64,000 nucleotides of DNA, from positions 137,332,001-137,396,000 of the forward strand of contig NC_058368.1 of assembly GCF_018350175.1 (NCBI RefSeq), given 5' to 3'. The first letter of the stretch is position 1. Each line of letters opens with the position of its first letter. The stretch is from Felis catus. Taxonomy: Eukaryota. A model generated the notes under the pieces. That model saw only the letters and a list, made by a program, of their open reading frames with translations, had not been told where the DNA came from and searched no databases. The position numbers were made by a program, and so were the translations under genes. This document shows positions 38,748 through 52,932 of this stretch, piece by piece.

Positions 38748-41277
38748 GAGATGATAGACTATTTCTGTAGGAATTTTTGTTACCCATTTCATGTTGAATT
38801 GTGAGGGAGGGGGGAATTTTTCATTGCCACTTCTAAATGCTTTGGAAGTAATATTATTTATTATAGTAAAATCCCTTATTTAGTGAGACCTTACTCACTG
38901 GTGGTTGGTTTAATCAAAGCTGGTTAAAATGGGGCATTAACAAATGGTGTTAATGTAGGATCACTGCCTTTTGCTTGCGTTCCTTGTTACCTGGCTTCCT
39001 TGTGTAATGCATGGAAGCTTTCTTTAAACGGAAAGGAAATTTTATTAAAACAACGTAAGAATGGGACCTTAAATCTTATTATGCTCTACTCTTGTTTTTA
39101 ATATTTGCTTTGTCTAATTACAGCAGTTTTTTTAGTCTTTTCAGAGTGTTCAGCTTGAGTGAAAGAACGACTATCCGTTTATTGAATTAAGATGTTTAAT
39201 TTTTTAATTATAGCTGGTGTAAATAGGTTTGGGAGTGAACACAACTGACTATTGGTAACATCAGTTCGTGGAAGCAGAACTAGGCAGGTGGAGTCTAGAG
39301 GGGCCTAGTAATGGGCAGTGTTCAGTATGCTATGGGGCTTAAGCAGCTCAATTTTACAAGGACCTAGAAATAGAAAGCTTCTGTTAATCTAGCAGGTTGG
39401 TTGAATGGAAATTGGTTACTGAGAACTTCCATAATGATTCAGTCATTTTCATTAAAAGTTCTCTACTTTTGTATTTTTTGTCTCATGGGTTTGAAAAGTG
39501 CCCAGTTCATCTTTTACTTAAAATAACCAAAGGCTCTGTGGCTTCTCTCAAAATATTAACGTCTTAATTATGCACACTGATTTTACATGGGATGGGTAGA
39601 GGTCATTTCTGTTTTGAGAAAAGGGAATCCCTAGTTTATTCTGATGGACCCTCCTATGCCTTTCCAGTGCTCTGCCAGCTCTTGACACTGGTAAAAAGAA
39701 TGGTGAGTGTATGCCAGACTTTAAAATTTTTTAAATCTTCACAGTACATATTAGGAATCTTGCCAAGGAAGTTTATTTGAAAAGACTACATTGCACTGAC
39801 TGTGATAATTCTTTAAGCAAATATAAAATTATTTCTCTTGTTTAAGAACATATGGTTGGTTTATAATTTTATTATTTTAGTGACTGTCATTTGTGTTTCA
39901 ACAATGTGGGAACGTTTCTGTGGAATGAATTCATAGAAGTAGCATTACTGGGTCAAAGTGTGGTGTTTAAGCATTTAAAATTTTAATAGGTATTGCTAAG
40001 TATACAAATTTTCACTCCCACCTTTGCTATATACACTGAGAATTACAATTTTTCTCTTTTTACTGGGATGCTAGGCATTAGAAGATTTTTTGGGAGTGGT
40101 TGAAATTATATGGGCCAGTTAAATTTGAATTTGTTGGTCTTTGACCATTTAATGCTTTTCTAGCAGAAGTAACGAATGTCAGCAATCTGTTAGTGCCAAA
40201 TTATAGGCTGGCATTTAATTTTTATTACTGCTTGTTTTAAGACATGGTTGGCTTTATTGAGGCAGATCCAGAGCTTTCTCTCTCCCTCACTTCTTACATA
40301 TTTTAACTTCAGGAAAGAGTAAATGGCGAGAAGGAACAGCTCTACTATTGGCCTTGCTGCTTCTTGATTTTATTAGAATATTTTAAAGGTTATGTCTGAA
40401 AATGCTATCAATACATTGATGACCTTACCATGTAATTTAGAATGTTTTTAGTGCAGAGTACATATTGACCAACAACTTTACATTTTTTAGCTCTTTGCCA
40501 TTGAGAGCAACATTCTCAAAACTAACAGTGGAAAATTGAAAAACTGTTTATACGCCCAAACTGTAGAATTTGCTACGGTAATGGTCATTGAGTACTTACT
40601 GTATTTATTATGTGCCAGGCATTTTGTTTGCATATCTCACTTCTCAAAGTAACAAGAGAACACTTTTTTTTTTCTTCACTTTTACAAATTAGTAGTTTGA
40701 AGTTTGGAGTACTTGTAATTCACCTACTGTCAGTGTTTATACAGATCTTATGGTACTAAAAGATCTAAATCATCAAACATCCTGTATTATCTTATGTTAA
40801 ATTTGCTAGGGCAGAGGAAAACACTAACACAAAATTTATTGCATTATTACCGTGTATAACAAAACTTTTTTGTTACGTATTTGTATATTTGCAAGTTCAT
40901 TAACTATCACAACTGATCTATACAACACAGTTGAAACAGTCTAGTCAGGGTGACATGATCAGTCAGCATGTGCCCCTCAGCCTTCAAGATGCAAGATCAC
41001 TTTGACAGTGATTCAGTTCCGTAAGTGGGAACTGTTGGAGAAGTGTGTGGGTCTTCCACACCAGAGGGATTATTGGGCACAGGATTGTTTTCACTTGATG
41101 GCTCATCTGCTTTCACTCTCCCTACCATGGTCTGTGGCTGAGATCCTAGCTTAAGTCAGAGAGCAGATTGCAACTTTCTTAATGTATTTTTGTTTGAAAC
41201 TAACAGACTCCTACTCATCACCCAGTGATTAAGCACATTTTGGTATATTTCTTTCTACTCTTCTGTAAAAGAGGAAC

Positions 41278-41601
41278 ACTTTTGACCCTTGAAGAACACA
41301 GATTTAAACTGCATGCGTCTGCTTTTAGGCTAAATTTCTTTTTTCAATAAATACAATAGAGTATTCTAAATGTGTTTTCATTATGATTTTCATAGCATTT
41401 TTTTTTCTGTAGCTTACTTGTAAAAACAGTACAATACATGTAATACACAAAGTATATATTAGTCAACTGTTTATGTTATCACTGAGGATTCCGGTTAGCA
41501 GTAGGCTATTAGTTAAGTTTTGGGGAGTCAGCAGTTATATGTGGATTTTCGACTGAGGGGAGCCAGTGCCCCTAACCCCCCGCATTGTTCAAGGGTTAAC
41601 T
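41278..41601 (+). mobile_element. Tigger2a-like MITE
   Basis: ttgacccttgaagaacac... and ...cattgttcaagggttaact termini; same family as 16914-17232, opposite orientation. Confidence 0.75.
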
Positions 41602-42214
41602 ATAATTTTTTTTTTTAAAGGAAGAAGCAAAATTGTTTTTATTCAAAAAACACTATTAACTACATAGAAAGTCCTAAGGAATCTAGGAAAAAAATCTAAA
41701 ACCATTATGTGAATTTAACTAGATTACAGATTCCAAAAATCAATAATCAATTGTATTTCTGTATATGTACTGGCAAAAAAAAAAAAAAATCAAGCCTTGC
41801 TTTCTCATCTCTTAATGGTATTATAATTTTAATGTAGCCCAGTTCACCAATCTTTGTGGGTTAACTTTAATTTTAATGAGGGGAACTACTGGTATTGTTA
41901 GAAAAGGACAGCAGTAGTTGTTGCCCTTTTTGTAGTACAAAAAGAGTAGTCTTTTTGTTCAGATAATTGTTAAAATACAAAAGAGGGCAAAGTGTTGGAA
42001 AATAAGATTAGAAACATCTGATTTATGCTGTGGTTTTTCTACAGGTGTGCTGTTGTGGAAAGGGGGGTCCTGGGTGAACGTTACTATTTACATGGTATGG
42101 AGGTCCTGGGCTGATTTGAGGCGTTTAAGTGAAAGTGTGTGCATGTGTGCATTCACATGGCGGTATCTGACATAATGCAGTCAGATTTCCTAAATGTGTA
42201 TGTTTTCTTTCAAG

Positions 42215-42321
42215 GTATTTTGATTACAACCATAGCCTCCAAGGGAGAATTGCAGAATTGGCCTGACCTCTTACCAAAACTCTGTAGCCTGTTGGATTCT
42301 GAAGATTACAACACTTGTGAG
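42215..42321 (+). CDS. TNPO1: TNPO1 exon 5 ([36 protein letters not shown])
   Basis: ttttctttcaag|GTATTTTG...TGTGAG|gtaaag; the acceptor is the less common AAG. Confidence 0.95.
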
Positions 42322-43304
42322 GTAAAGAAATTTGCTTCTTACATACTTTTTCTTCTCTGTTTTTCTCATCTAGTTGTGTATTTGTAACCTTTGAGAAAAA
42401 TAATTCTATGAAACACAGAACTTCAAAACTTAGAAGTTTCAAGTTACCCTTTTGCTTTACATTAGTGACCATTTATCTTACTGTTTTCTATAACGACTGT
42501 TAAGTTATAAAGGTTCTTTACTATAATTCCTACAAGAAAGTGCAATTGTTTAATCTGTGTAGTAGTTTTCAAAGATTTAAATTTACCAACCATGATTACT
42601 TTTTTGCTTTCTCTAGATTGTTTCTGTGCCTCTTATGACATGTCCACAGTATATGTAATCTAGTTTTTATCATGTAGTAATTATAATCTCGTTTGCCACT
42701 CACTGATCAAATTAACAACAACCTTTCCATATGGGAAAGGGAGTCTGTGTGGATTCCTCATTTTATGTATCTCTTTTATTAGCCGGCTTCACATTTGTGT
42801 AGAAGTCTGTTTTGAATGGGAACCATTTTAGGTGTTTTTGCTTCTTCAAAGGCAGGGACTCCTCTCCCTCTCAAGAAAGCAAGCCTTGCTCGTAGACAGG
42901 ACAAGCACTGAAATAACCTAACAAAATCAGGTGGCCTTTTGACTTGACAGTTTGTCGCCTGATCTGAAAGAGGAAAAGGAGGGACTGGAGAGAGAGGGAG
43001 TAAGCAGAGGGGTCTTTAAAGTCACACTTTTCCCTCCCTAAAAACAAAAACAAAAAAGACGTACCTTCCCATATGTACATTTTCCAATAGTGCCTTGGAA
43101 ATACACTGGTAAGATTACAGAAGAACTGAAATAGTATTTGTATTCAGCCATTAAGTAAGAGTTGATTAAAATTTAAATCATGCTTTGGTATAGTGGTAAC
43201 AACACGAAAGGAGATCAAAATTTTAGAAAGCAGTTACCAAGAATAAAAAAATTAAAACCACAGTAATCATGAAATTATGGAGCTTCTATAGAAGTCATAT
43301 TTTA

Positions 43305-43478
43305 AATATTTATTTTGAGAGAGGGGGAGAGGACGTGAGCGGGGGAAGGGGCAGAGAGGAGATCCCAAGCTGGCTCTGCGCTGATAGTGCGGGGCTTGAA
43401 CCCACAAACTTGAGATCACAACCTGAGCAGAAACCAGGAGTTGGACACTTAACCGACTGAGCCACCTAGGCACTCCCA
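43305..43478 (-). mobile_element. Can-SINE
   Basis: TSD aagtca(t/c)attttaaa. Confidence 0.85.
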
Positions 43479-44044
43479 TAAGTCACATTTTAAAGAGAAA
43501 GTATTCTTCTGTTAATTGTACGAGGAAAGTAAGTACCAGGTTTCTGCTCCTGATGGAATTGCAAGCAATAAATGAGATGTTCAAGGTGGTTAGTAGGTTG
43601 CATGTTGTGTACTGGCAGGAGCTCTAGGTTAACCCCTTTGGTGTAAAATGGATGTAGGGAAATAGTTGCTAATTTGAATTTTTTGCCCGTTTACCATGTT
43701 TTGTCACCATTACCCAATGAATGGTTTTACCTATAAGTAATTTTTAAAAGATATTAAGACTTCTTTTTGACCTAAAATTGAAAAGAATATTTCAGGAGAA
43801 GTGAGCTTTTTCAGTTAGATATTTATTATAGTCCCTCCCAACCAAAATATCCTTTAATTTTAAGTCATTAAATGCTAGGATAAAAATGTACTATTATGTT
43901 TAAGCTAAGATTTTAGATACTTCAATGGTAAAATGATTTCTGTATTAAAATTGATGACTAAATGTATGGGTTTTATGAGAGCTGAAAACATTCATACAAA
44001 TTAGTCAATATTCTTCAGTTTGCTTTTAAAATGGCTTCATTTAT

Positions 44045-44252
44045 GGGGCACCTGGGTGGCTCAGTTGGTTAAGCGTTCGACTTCGGCTTAGGTCATCATC
44101 TTATGGTCTTTGGGTTCAAGCCCTCTGTCAGGCTCTGTGCTGATAGCTCAGAGCCTAGAGCCTGCTTGGAATTCTGTGTCTCCCTCTTTCTGTGCCCCGC
44201 CCCCCTCCCCCCACTTGTGCTCTGTCTCTATCTCAAAAATAAACATTAAAAA
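44045..44252 (+). mobile_element. Can-SINE just upstream of exon 6
   Basis: TSD taaaatggc(t/g)tca. Confidence 0.9.
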
Positions 44253-44303
44253 TAAAATGGCGTCACTTTTAATTAATTGTAATAATTTAAATATCTTTCA
44301 CAG

Positions 44304-44437
44304 GGAGCATTTGGCGCCCTTCAGAAGATCTGTGAAGATTCTGCTGAGATTTTAGATAGTGATGTTTTAGATCGTCCTCTCAACATCATGATCCCCAAGT
44401 TTTTACAGTTCTTCAAGCACAGTAGTCCAAAAATAAG
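44304..44437 (+). CDS. TNPO1: TNPO1 exon 6 ([45 protein letters not shown])
   Basis: ctttcacag|GGAGCATTT...AAAATAAG|gtatct; frame continuous. Confidence 0.96.
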
Positions 44438-47417
44438 GTATCTGTGTAGCCAGTATCAAATTAATTTGTAAACTGTAAGCCTGACCACTCTCATTTTCCA
44501 TTACCTAATATTTTTGTGATTGGCAGAAGATGCTGATATTCCACAAAGGTGAACTTCAGTAGTTGAAATGTACTCCTTTCATAGCAAAACACATGAAATG
44601 TGAACTTTATCTGATGAAATTTTCATCCAATACGATAGTTCTCTACCTTCTAGATGGTATGCTTCAAAGATCCTTTGTGTAAGGCTGAAAGTTACTGTGT
44701 TTTGGGGATGTTGTCATGTTGTTTTTGTTTTAATTTATGAATCTTGCCAAGTACAGGTACCTTCATTTGCAGCTTTGTGGTAAAAATTGCTCCAATACGA
44801 CATCTGAATTATTTAGTAATTTCAGTTTAAGCGTTTTACATCTAATTTAAAACACTTTGAGGGTGAAGGTAGAAGAATTTTTGAGTACACTCAGATCAGT
44901 AGGGCCAATTGGCCACAAGTTAACCTTGGCCTGCTTTGTTTTCCTGTTACATCCCTAGTTCCTTGAGAAGTGCCTAGCATATAGTTGTTGAAATATTTTG
45001 GAATATTAGCCTTTGAGTAACTTGATTATCATCACTTGTCCTGTTGAGCTATAATTATCATGATGCTTTCACACTTTTGAGGTGTGTGAGACTCCTGTAA
45101 CTTCACCAAAAGTTCCCCAGGCTGCTCTACTCGTTTTTTTTGTGTTTTTTGTATTTTTCTTTTTGCTTTCTGCAATTAATACTCCTTTTGTCTTTTGCTT
45201 ATCATTAGTATGGAAAAGTCAGTGCTTTTCTGATTGTCAGTTGCTCTGATTTTTATTGTTTCCTATTGTCAGTGCTTCATGCTTTTAGGTAGAATGATCA
45301 AACACCATATTACTATTTAAAGTAGAAATTGTGCAGGATCCCAGAGGCAGAGATATCCAGCTGCATGAACTTTATGCATAGGCTGTAACTGTTTAGATGT
45401 TCATTGGAGTTTATTCCAAGATTCCAAGCTGTATTCTGAAGGATTCTCATTTCAACAATGTGACCAGAGGGTAATCAGGAATCTTTTTCTTGCTTAAATT
45501 CTTTATTTCTTTTTCCTTTATCTCGATCTAATTTTAATTACTTTTCATTGTAAGTCATACTTAATACAGTGTTCTCACAGTGGAAACTTAATAGATGCTT
45601 AATTTATGGTAGTGTCATGCAAACAAATAATGACTTTTTACTCTTCCTGACATAGTTAACTAGAGTTCATGTTCCCTAGGAAGTCTTCTCCTCTTAATCT
45701 TTCAACTAAGGTGATGAAAAAAGGTATAGTTATTTGCATATTTTTCTTTACTCCTAAGAAAGTCACTTTTTTTGTGACCCAATTCTTAACAATTGAAAGA
45801 AAAACAGAAAAATCCAAAAAGCATATTCCTGGCAATTGGCATACCATTACTAGATATAACAGTGTTTTGTAATTTTAATACATTTTTGTGGGTGGACATT
45901 TGTTTAAAACTTGACTAGGTGGACTTCAGTAATATAGAAATGTTTCTGTTTAGTGACTCTTCATTACTACCCATTTGAGATTCTGTTGTACATACCATTA
46001 AATTTTTTTCTTCATTTTAACATGTATTTGGGTAAATGTATTTGCTATGTATTTTAGCAATGTGTTAAGCTTCATCTTTATATTTTATTCTATATTATTG
46101 TTTAACGCCTTATTTATACTGTTTAACTGATATTTTTTATGTACTATTAAAAGTGGTTTTCCATCTCAAAATAACTGCTGAACTTTGAGAATATAGAATG
46201 AGGCAAAGGATTATAGTTTTATCCATTACAGGATTAAGCAATTGAAAAATCGGAGCCACTTGATTTTTTATAAATCCTACCAGAAATACACAAAGTTGGG
46301 TTATCATTCTTAGCTCATGACCTTCTCATCTTGGCCCACTTGCATTTAGTCTTTAGTTAAATATTAGTTATTTTTAATAATAAGCACTCCAACCTACCAT
46401 CCGGAATGAAAGCTAAGGTCTTGAGAGCAACCTACATCTAATCCTGACTTGACCCTTCCCTTGGATTGTTAAAAAACAATTATTGAAAATATATATGATA
46501 TGTAAAAAAAATGTATATATATATCTGTATGTGTTTTTAACTTTATAAATAGTATTTTACTGAACTTAATCTTTGGTGACTTTTTAAATTTAATATTTTG
46601 CTAGGATTCGTCCATATTTTGTCATTATAGCTCATTTGTTTTGACAACTGTATAGTACCTCATACGAGGTTTACACAATTTATTCATGGTCTTCCCCTTG
46701 AACCCCCCCCCCTTAGCCTTTGGGTGGCTTCCAGGTACTTGCTAGTGTGGATAGTGCTGTTGAAAACATTTGCTTGTCTCCTTTTGTCTATTTGCAAGAG
46801 TTTCTAGGAAGATGTAAAGTCTTTGGGGAGGAATTTCTAAGACACTGGGCACATAACAAGGAAAGAACCCCAAACTCTTTTCCAGGGCGTTTGCATCAAT
46901 TCATACTTTCTATTAACAAAGGAAAAGTTTCTCTGGGTGCATATATTCTGCATTTAGTATTGTCACGTATTTTAATTTTTGCCAAATAGAAAATTGTGTT
47001 TCATTATGAGCTTGATGGTTATTTCTGTGTCATTGCTTATGTTGAATATCTTGTCATAGGTTTATTGGGTATCTGGTACCTCCTTCTGTCGCCTTTTTCT
47101 CTTGGGTTATCAGAAGAAGAGGCAGACAGAAAAAAAAACTATAGTTTCATGATAAGTACTGTGGAAAAATGAGAGTAAGGGCTTAGAGGTATTTTACATA
47201 GAAGTTTCACTGTACAGGTAACATTTGTGTAGAGATTCTGAACAAAGTAAAGTAACACATCTTTGAAAGGTCAAGGGGAAAGACATTTAAGACCGGGAAC
47301 AAGTATAAAGGTCCTAGAGTTAGGAACAAGCCTTTTACACTGACCAAAAAAGAAAACTTTGCATCATACTAGGAAACGTAGGGAGTAACCACACTGTAGT
47401 GGAATGTCTAAGCCAAT

Positions 47418-47585
47418 AGTCAGCAAACTGTGACCCATGGGGCCAAATTCAGCCCATAACATATGAATTAAGAATGATTTTATACTTAAAAAGGTTATGT
47501 GTGGGGGTGGGGGTGAACGTGCCACAGAGGTCTTATGTGACCCACAAATCTTAAAATATTACCATTTGATCTTTTGTAGAAAATA
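47418..47585 (+). mobile_element. MER58-like fragment
   Basis: gtcagcaaactg...gggccaaattcagccc...cccacaaatcttaaaatattaccatttg. Confidence 0.55.
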
Positions 47586-48134
47586 TAGATTGTGTTTTAT
47601 TGGAGAAATCTGAACAAGGGTATAATGTGATCTTATTGGAGTAATCCTCATAGGAAATCATGGCTTGGACTAGGGAAGAAGTGAAGGTGGTTAAGAAGTG
47701 ATTGGATTATGGGTATATTTTTTACAGGTAGTGCCATTAGGAGTTGCTATGGCATTGAGTTGATTATGTCTTTAGTTTTAAAGGAATGTGTACCCATTAT
47801 ATATATCCATTATGCCCCTGCCCACCATCCCACTGTTCAGAGGTATCCACTATTAAAAATATGCACATGTCCTTTTTGAGTCTCTCCACTTTCAGAGAAG
47901 TACTAATATTCTGCACCCTGTGTTTTTCACTTAAGATTCATACTCTGTGTGAGCTACACAGAGAGTTTGACTCATTCTTTTCAGGGTGTGTATACATATA
48001 TGTGTGTGCCATATATATATAAATACATATATTTATGGCTCTACATACACCATAATTTTTTTTACGGAGGAGTATTTAAGTTCTTGTCAATCTTCTGCAG
48101 TGAGCATGTGTTAAATGTTAAATTTTGTTTCTAG

Positions 48135-48216
48135 GTCTCACGCTGTTGCATGTGTCAATCAGTTTATCATCAGTAGGACTCAAGCTCTGATGTTGCACAT
48201 TGATTCTTTTATCGAG
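48135..48216 (+). CDS. TNPO1: TNPO1 exon 7 ([27 protein letters not shown])
   Basis: ttttgtttctag|GTCTCAC...ATCGAG|gtaaga. Confidence 0.96.
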
Positions 48217-49939
48217 GTAAGATTGTCTCTCTCCCCTTCCCCCCACCCCCATTTGCTTTTGGGGAAGTTAGAAAATGTTAAATTATTTGATAGTATTAAA
48301 ATTGGATACAGTGTAGATTTTGTGGTTTTTGTTAACTAAAAATAAAAGCACTTTTCCTCTATTACTGATTTTTTTTTTTTTAACGATACAAACATCGATT
48401 ATGGAATTTGGGTGTTTAATATCTTGAGTATTTTGTTTGTCAGATTTTATCAAATTTTTTGTTTGAATATACTATTCAAATTCCAAATGTAAATTAAGTC
48501 TCCCAGCTATTTTGCAGTATTTGAAACATGAAACATTGGTGAGTTTGAATCATCTTAACTTGATAAAGAATCTGAAGGCATAGACTAAAAGGATGGTGCT
48601 TCATTTTCCATTGGTTTCCATTGTAAAATTAGAGGTGTCATGGAAAAAATTGTCTTTTAAATCTCGTCAAGCATTTCTAAAGGCCCTTTTACCTTTTCGA
48701 TAAAAGCAGAAAGGCAACAACAGCATTATTTTCTGGCCATGAACCCTAAGGAACAGGATTTTTTCAGAACTGCTACCACTTGATCACCACAGTTGTAAAC
48801 AAGTTGTTAAAGTTCCTTAAGCATTTCACTTTTATTTTCATTAAATCAGAGTTTAATAGTTCATTCCTTTCCAGCTATTAAAATTTTTAGAGGCCATCCT
48901 GCTAGAATTTTTGTTGGGAAATTATAAGAAAGGAGGGGAAAATGGTGTCATCTTTTCCCTCATCACTTAAATTGACAAGCTTTTTTCTGAACATATCTTA
49001 CCAGTAGACTATGATTAGTAGCCATAAGGATCCTCTAGCCATTTAAAAGTTGAAACTAAAACACTAGTCTTCAGTGGATATTGCCGAGTCCTGTGAATTA
49101 GGCATTGTGCTTGGTGCTAGGGATAGATACATAAATAAATGTTATGCCTCAAGGTGTTTTCAGTCTGGTTTGGTGTAGAAGGTAGTGGATTATCTCAAGG
49201 TCTGGCGTCAGCCTGCCTGGGTTCAAAACAAAATTTCCACAAGACCATACTCAGCAAGTGGAGCAAGAACATCTCCCAACATTTTAAAGTCTTTTCCATT
49301 AGTGTTCCATTACCATTTTAGCAGTTCTTTCCTACTTGATAATCCTACAAGATTCAACTAGTTCTCCATCCTACGAGAGCAGTCAACAACCATAGGAAGC
49401 ACCTGACACATAGTAGGCCCTCGATAACCATTTGCTAAATGAAGAAATGGATCATTTATTTCTTGAATTACTGTTTTTATCAGGGGCAGGTGTTACGTCT
49501 GCTGAGTCTGACAATATTGACTGAAAAGTGTATTGGTTACTATTATGTGGCTAAGACCTATCTTGGCAAAGCTAAATACTCATACTTAAGACAACATTAA
49601 ATTTAACGAAGAATGTGTATTGAACCTATAAGCAACGCTGTCGGAGTATTCTCTGTGTAAAATATATATCTATCTGGTGAAAAGAGAAACTATAGAGGTT
49701 TCAAAGCATCCGATGCAGAGGCAGAACTTGGGGAAATCGAAGATCGAAGTTTTTAAAATTCTACATCAGTACTTCACATACTGTCACATTTGATACTTGA
49801 ACTTCTCCATTGTTTTATCCGTTGTAATAAGATTTCAAGTTCATCTGTTTGGAGATGTTTCTCTGGTTTTTGGTTTTGGTTCTGTTTCTTTTTTTGTTTT
49901 TTGGCTTTTTGTTTTTAAAGATTGTGGGACATCGAAGTT

Positions 49940-50138
49940 TTCTTAATGTTTATTTATTTTGAGTGGGGGGGTGGTGGCACAGCACGAGTGGAGGAGGGGC
50001 AGAGAGAATTCCAGACAGGTTCCACACCACCAGCACAGAGCCCGATGTGGGGCTCAAACTCAGAAAACCATGAGATGATGGCCTGAGCCAAGATCAACAG
50101 TGGGATGCTTGAACCGACTAAGCCATCCAGGCTCCCCC
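49940..50138 (-). mobile_element. Can-SINE
   Basis: Antisense SINE motifs. Confidence 0.8.
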
Positions 50139-50788
50139 ACGTTAAATATTTTTAAATAATCTTTTTATTATAATTCATGTGTATGTGTAGATAAAATTCA
50201 GGAATGAGATGGGGGAGGGTTACTGTTTCTACTTCTTATATCTCCACTTTGCAACCTCTACATAACACAGCTTGTTGGTATAAGGAAATGAATCTGGACT
50301 TAAAATTCCATGAAAACCAAATTCAGATGCCCCCTGGGTAGCAAGTTATGTAACTTCTAAACTTCTTTATCTGTAAAATTGTGTAACAACATCTTAGAGA
50401 AGACTAAATGAAATAGTCTGTTGTTTATTCAGGCTTTTTGCCCCCTCACCTTGGTGACAAACCTGTTTGGGAAAACATAATCTTGATTGCTACTTTTACT
50501 ATTTTTTCAGTAGTTGGCTTGGAGAACAATAAGTAGTTTGGGGTTAAGTTGTTGGAAACTCAGCATACATTTCCCAGTTATTGATACTTTTAGAGAATTT
50601 GTACCTGTTACTACCCTAAGAATTGGGATTGGTAGAAATAATCTCTTGACAGACCGTAATTTTGAAGGAAAATTAAATTGTATTTTGAAGATTATCTTCT
50701 TCTGGGTGAGGGAGATGAATGCCCCATGTCCTAATGACATGGTTTTATTCTCACAAACTAAAATTACCTTAAAACATACCCAATCAGT

Positions 50789-50956
50789 GGTACCTGGGTG
50801 GCTCAGTCAGTTGAGTGGCCAACTTTGGTTCAGGTCATGACCTCATGGTTCATGGGTTTGAGTGTGGGCCCGTGTCATGCTTAGCGCTGACAGCGAGGAA
50901 CCTGCTTCAAATTCTGTTGCCCCCTCTCTCTGCCCCTCCCCTGCTCATGTTCATTC

Positions 50957-51009
<53 letters not shown>

Positions 51010-51035
51010 GATAAACATAAAAACAAAAACAAAAC
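50789..51035 (+). mobile_element. Can-SINE with expanded (CT)n
   Basis: Head cctgggtggctcagtcagttgag; approximate TSD ccaatca. Confidence 0.85.
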
Positions 51036-51286
51036 CCACAACCAATCATACTGTCTCCAAAAGAATGGCTTTAGGTCATTTACCAAAGTCATGGGTTTTG
51101 ACAATTATCATCCTACATTTAATTAATTGTCTTATAATCTAATATTTCAGGCCAATTAATTCCATCTTATTTGTACCTTCTTAGAGTTTCTTTAAATGTT
51201 ACCAACTTACAGATGACTGGTTATTATGTATAAACCTTTCTAATACATTGAAATGCTTAACAAGAGAAAAATTTCTCATGCAATAG

Positions 51287-51409
51287 AACCTCTTTGCATT
51301 GGCTGGTGATGAAGAACCAGAGGTACGGAAAAATGTGTGCCGGGCACTTGTGATGTTGCTTGAAGTTCGAATGGATCGCCTGCTTCCTCACATGCATAAT
51401 ATAGTTGAG
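51287..51409 (+). CDS. TNPO1: TNPO1 exon 8 ([41 protein letters not shown])
   Basis: gcaatag|AACCTCTTT...GTTGAG|gtaata. Confidence 0.95.
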
Positions 51410-52720
51410 GTAATACAAACAACTTAAAGACACTCGCCTCATTTTTCCCCCAAGAAAATCCTTGAGATAAAAATGCATAATATCAAATTTATTTAACAAT
51501 TTATTTAACACATTTGTTGGGGATGAATAATGAAAACAGTTATGGCCTTAAAATTATAAGTTATCTTTATGGTGACTTTTCTCTCATGAGATTTAAGATG
51601 TGTATAGAGAGGGAATATTATTTAAAGGAATAGATGGCTTTTAACCAGAATAACTAGCAAATATTTAAATTATTTGTGTTTATCAGATATGGGTTAGACT
51701 AAGTGATCACTAAAACCTGTGGTACATTAAGTAGCACATTCTTGTGTCATTGGAGTTTGGAATTACAGTGTTTGTTTTCCACCCATTACTGGTAAAATTA
51801 TTCTGATCCACTTGTGATTTATGGTAACAGTGAAATTTCTGAGAAGACATAATCGCTATAGTTTTTTTTTTTTTTTTTTTAAGACTCTTTCAATCCCTGT
51901 GCAATTAAAATAATTTTACTAGGAAATTCTGAGTATGTTGATCATAGATTAGCCATATTTAAAGGAAGTAGTACATAGCACCAAGGTAAAATTATTATTA
52001 GAACAAAATAACTTGTTTGGGCAGTACTCAGTACTGCTAGTGTCAAACTCTAGCACCTAGTTTTCATATTATTGGATATAGTTGTGTGTGAGTAGTATAT
52101 AGCTTGGCAAGTGTGTGAGAACGTTATTTAGATCCTTTGTATGTTAGAAAATCTTTTTTTTAAATGTTGGGGTCTAAGACCTGTTAGGAAAAGGCTAGCA
52201 TTGATAGTGCACAGCCAGTCCTTTTCTGAAGCGTATGGAAGGGTCGTTGTAGAAATAAAGGTATGTAGCAGCACTAAATGGGAATAAGGTACATTTTCTC
52301 TGATGAACTTATTCTCTCTGCAGTGCTTAGAAGAATCAGGTGGAGTTAGTTGAAAGTTTAGTGAAAGCTGGAGCTAACCAGAAAGTTAAAGACCTTTATT
52401 TTATCATTTGCTAGGGCCATGTCATAGCTGGGAAGCCAGCGTAGAACCGTAGAGTTCTACAATTCTTCAGCGATACTGAGCTTGGTAGTAGGACATGGTA
52501 TGGAATGTAGTAGGAGTTGGCCTATCCTATCTTTTGTGTTGCCATGTTTAGCCCTGTGAGATGTTGCAGTCAGGGAGAGAGTGTGTATAAAAGCTTCATC
52601 CATCATTTGACGCCATTTCCACGCCCATATACATTGGGAAATGCTATGAGTGCCTTTGATTATATTTATTTTGTTTTTTGCATATTTTAAAAGATTTTTT
52701 AAAAGATTTAAAAGATTTTT

Positions 52721-52932
52721 GGGGCGCCTGGGTGGCTCAGTCAGTTAAGCGTCCGACTTCAGCTCAGGTCACCATCTCACGGTCCGTGAGTTCGAGCCCC
52801 ACATCGGGCTCTGAGCTGATGGCTCAGAGCCTGGAGCCTGCTTCCGATTCTGTGTCTCCCTCTCTATCTGCCCCTCCCCCATTCATGCTCTGTCTCTCTC
52901 TTGTCTCAAAAATAAACGTTAAAAAAAAAAAA
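52721..52932 (+). mobile_element. Young Can-SINE
   Basis: Near-consensus copy; approximate TSD taaaagattttt. Confidence 0.9.

Noticed and set aside
42900..43000. Strong-looking splice acceptor on the minus strand (ctcttttcctctttcag)
   Set aside because: No convincing donor, ORF or partner exon; a purine tract gives this by chance.
44438..44447. Exon 6 donor gtatctgtgt resembling a U12 donor
   Set aside because: It departs from GTATCCTT after position 5, and there is no CCTTAAC branch near the 48134 acceptor.
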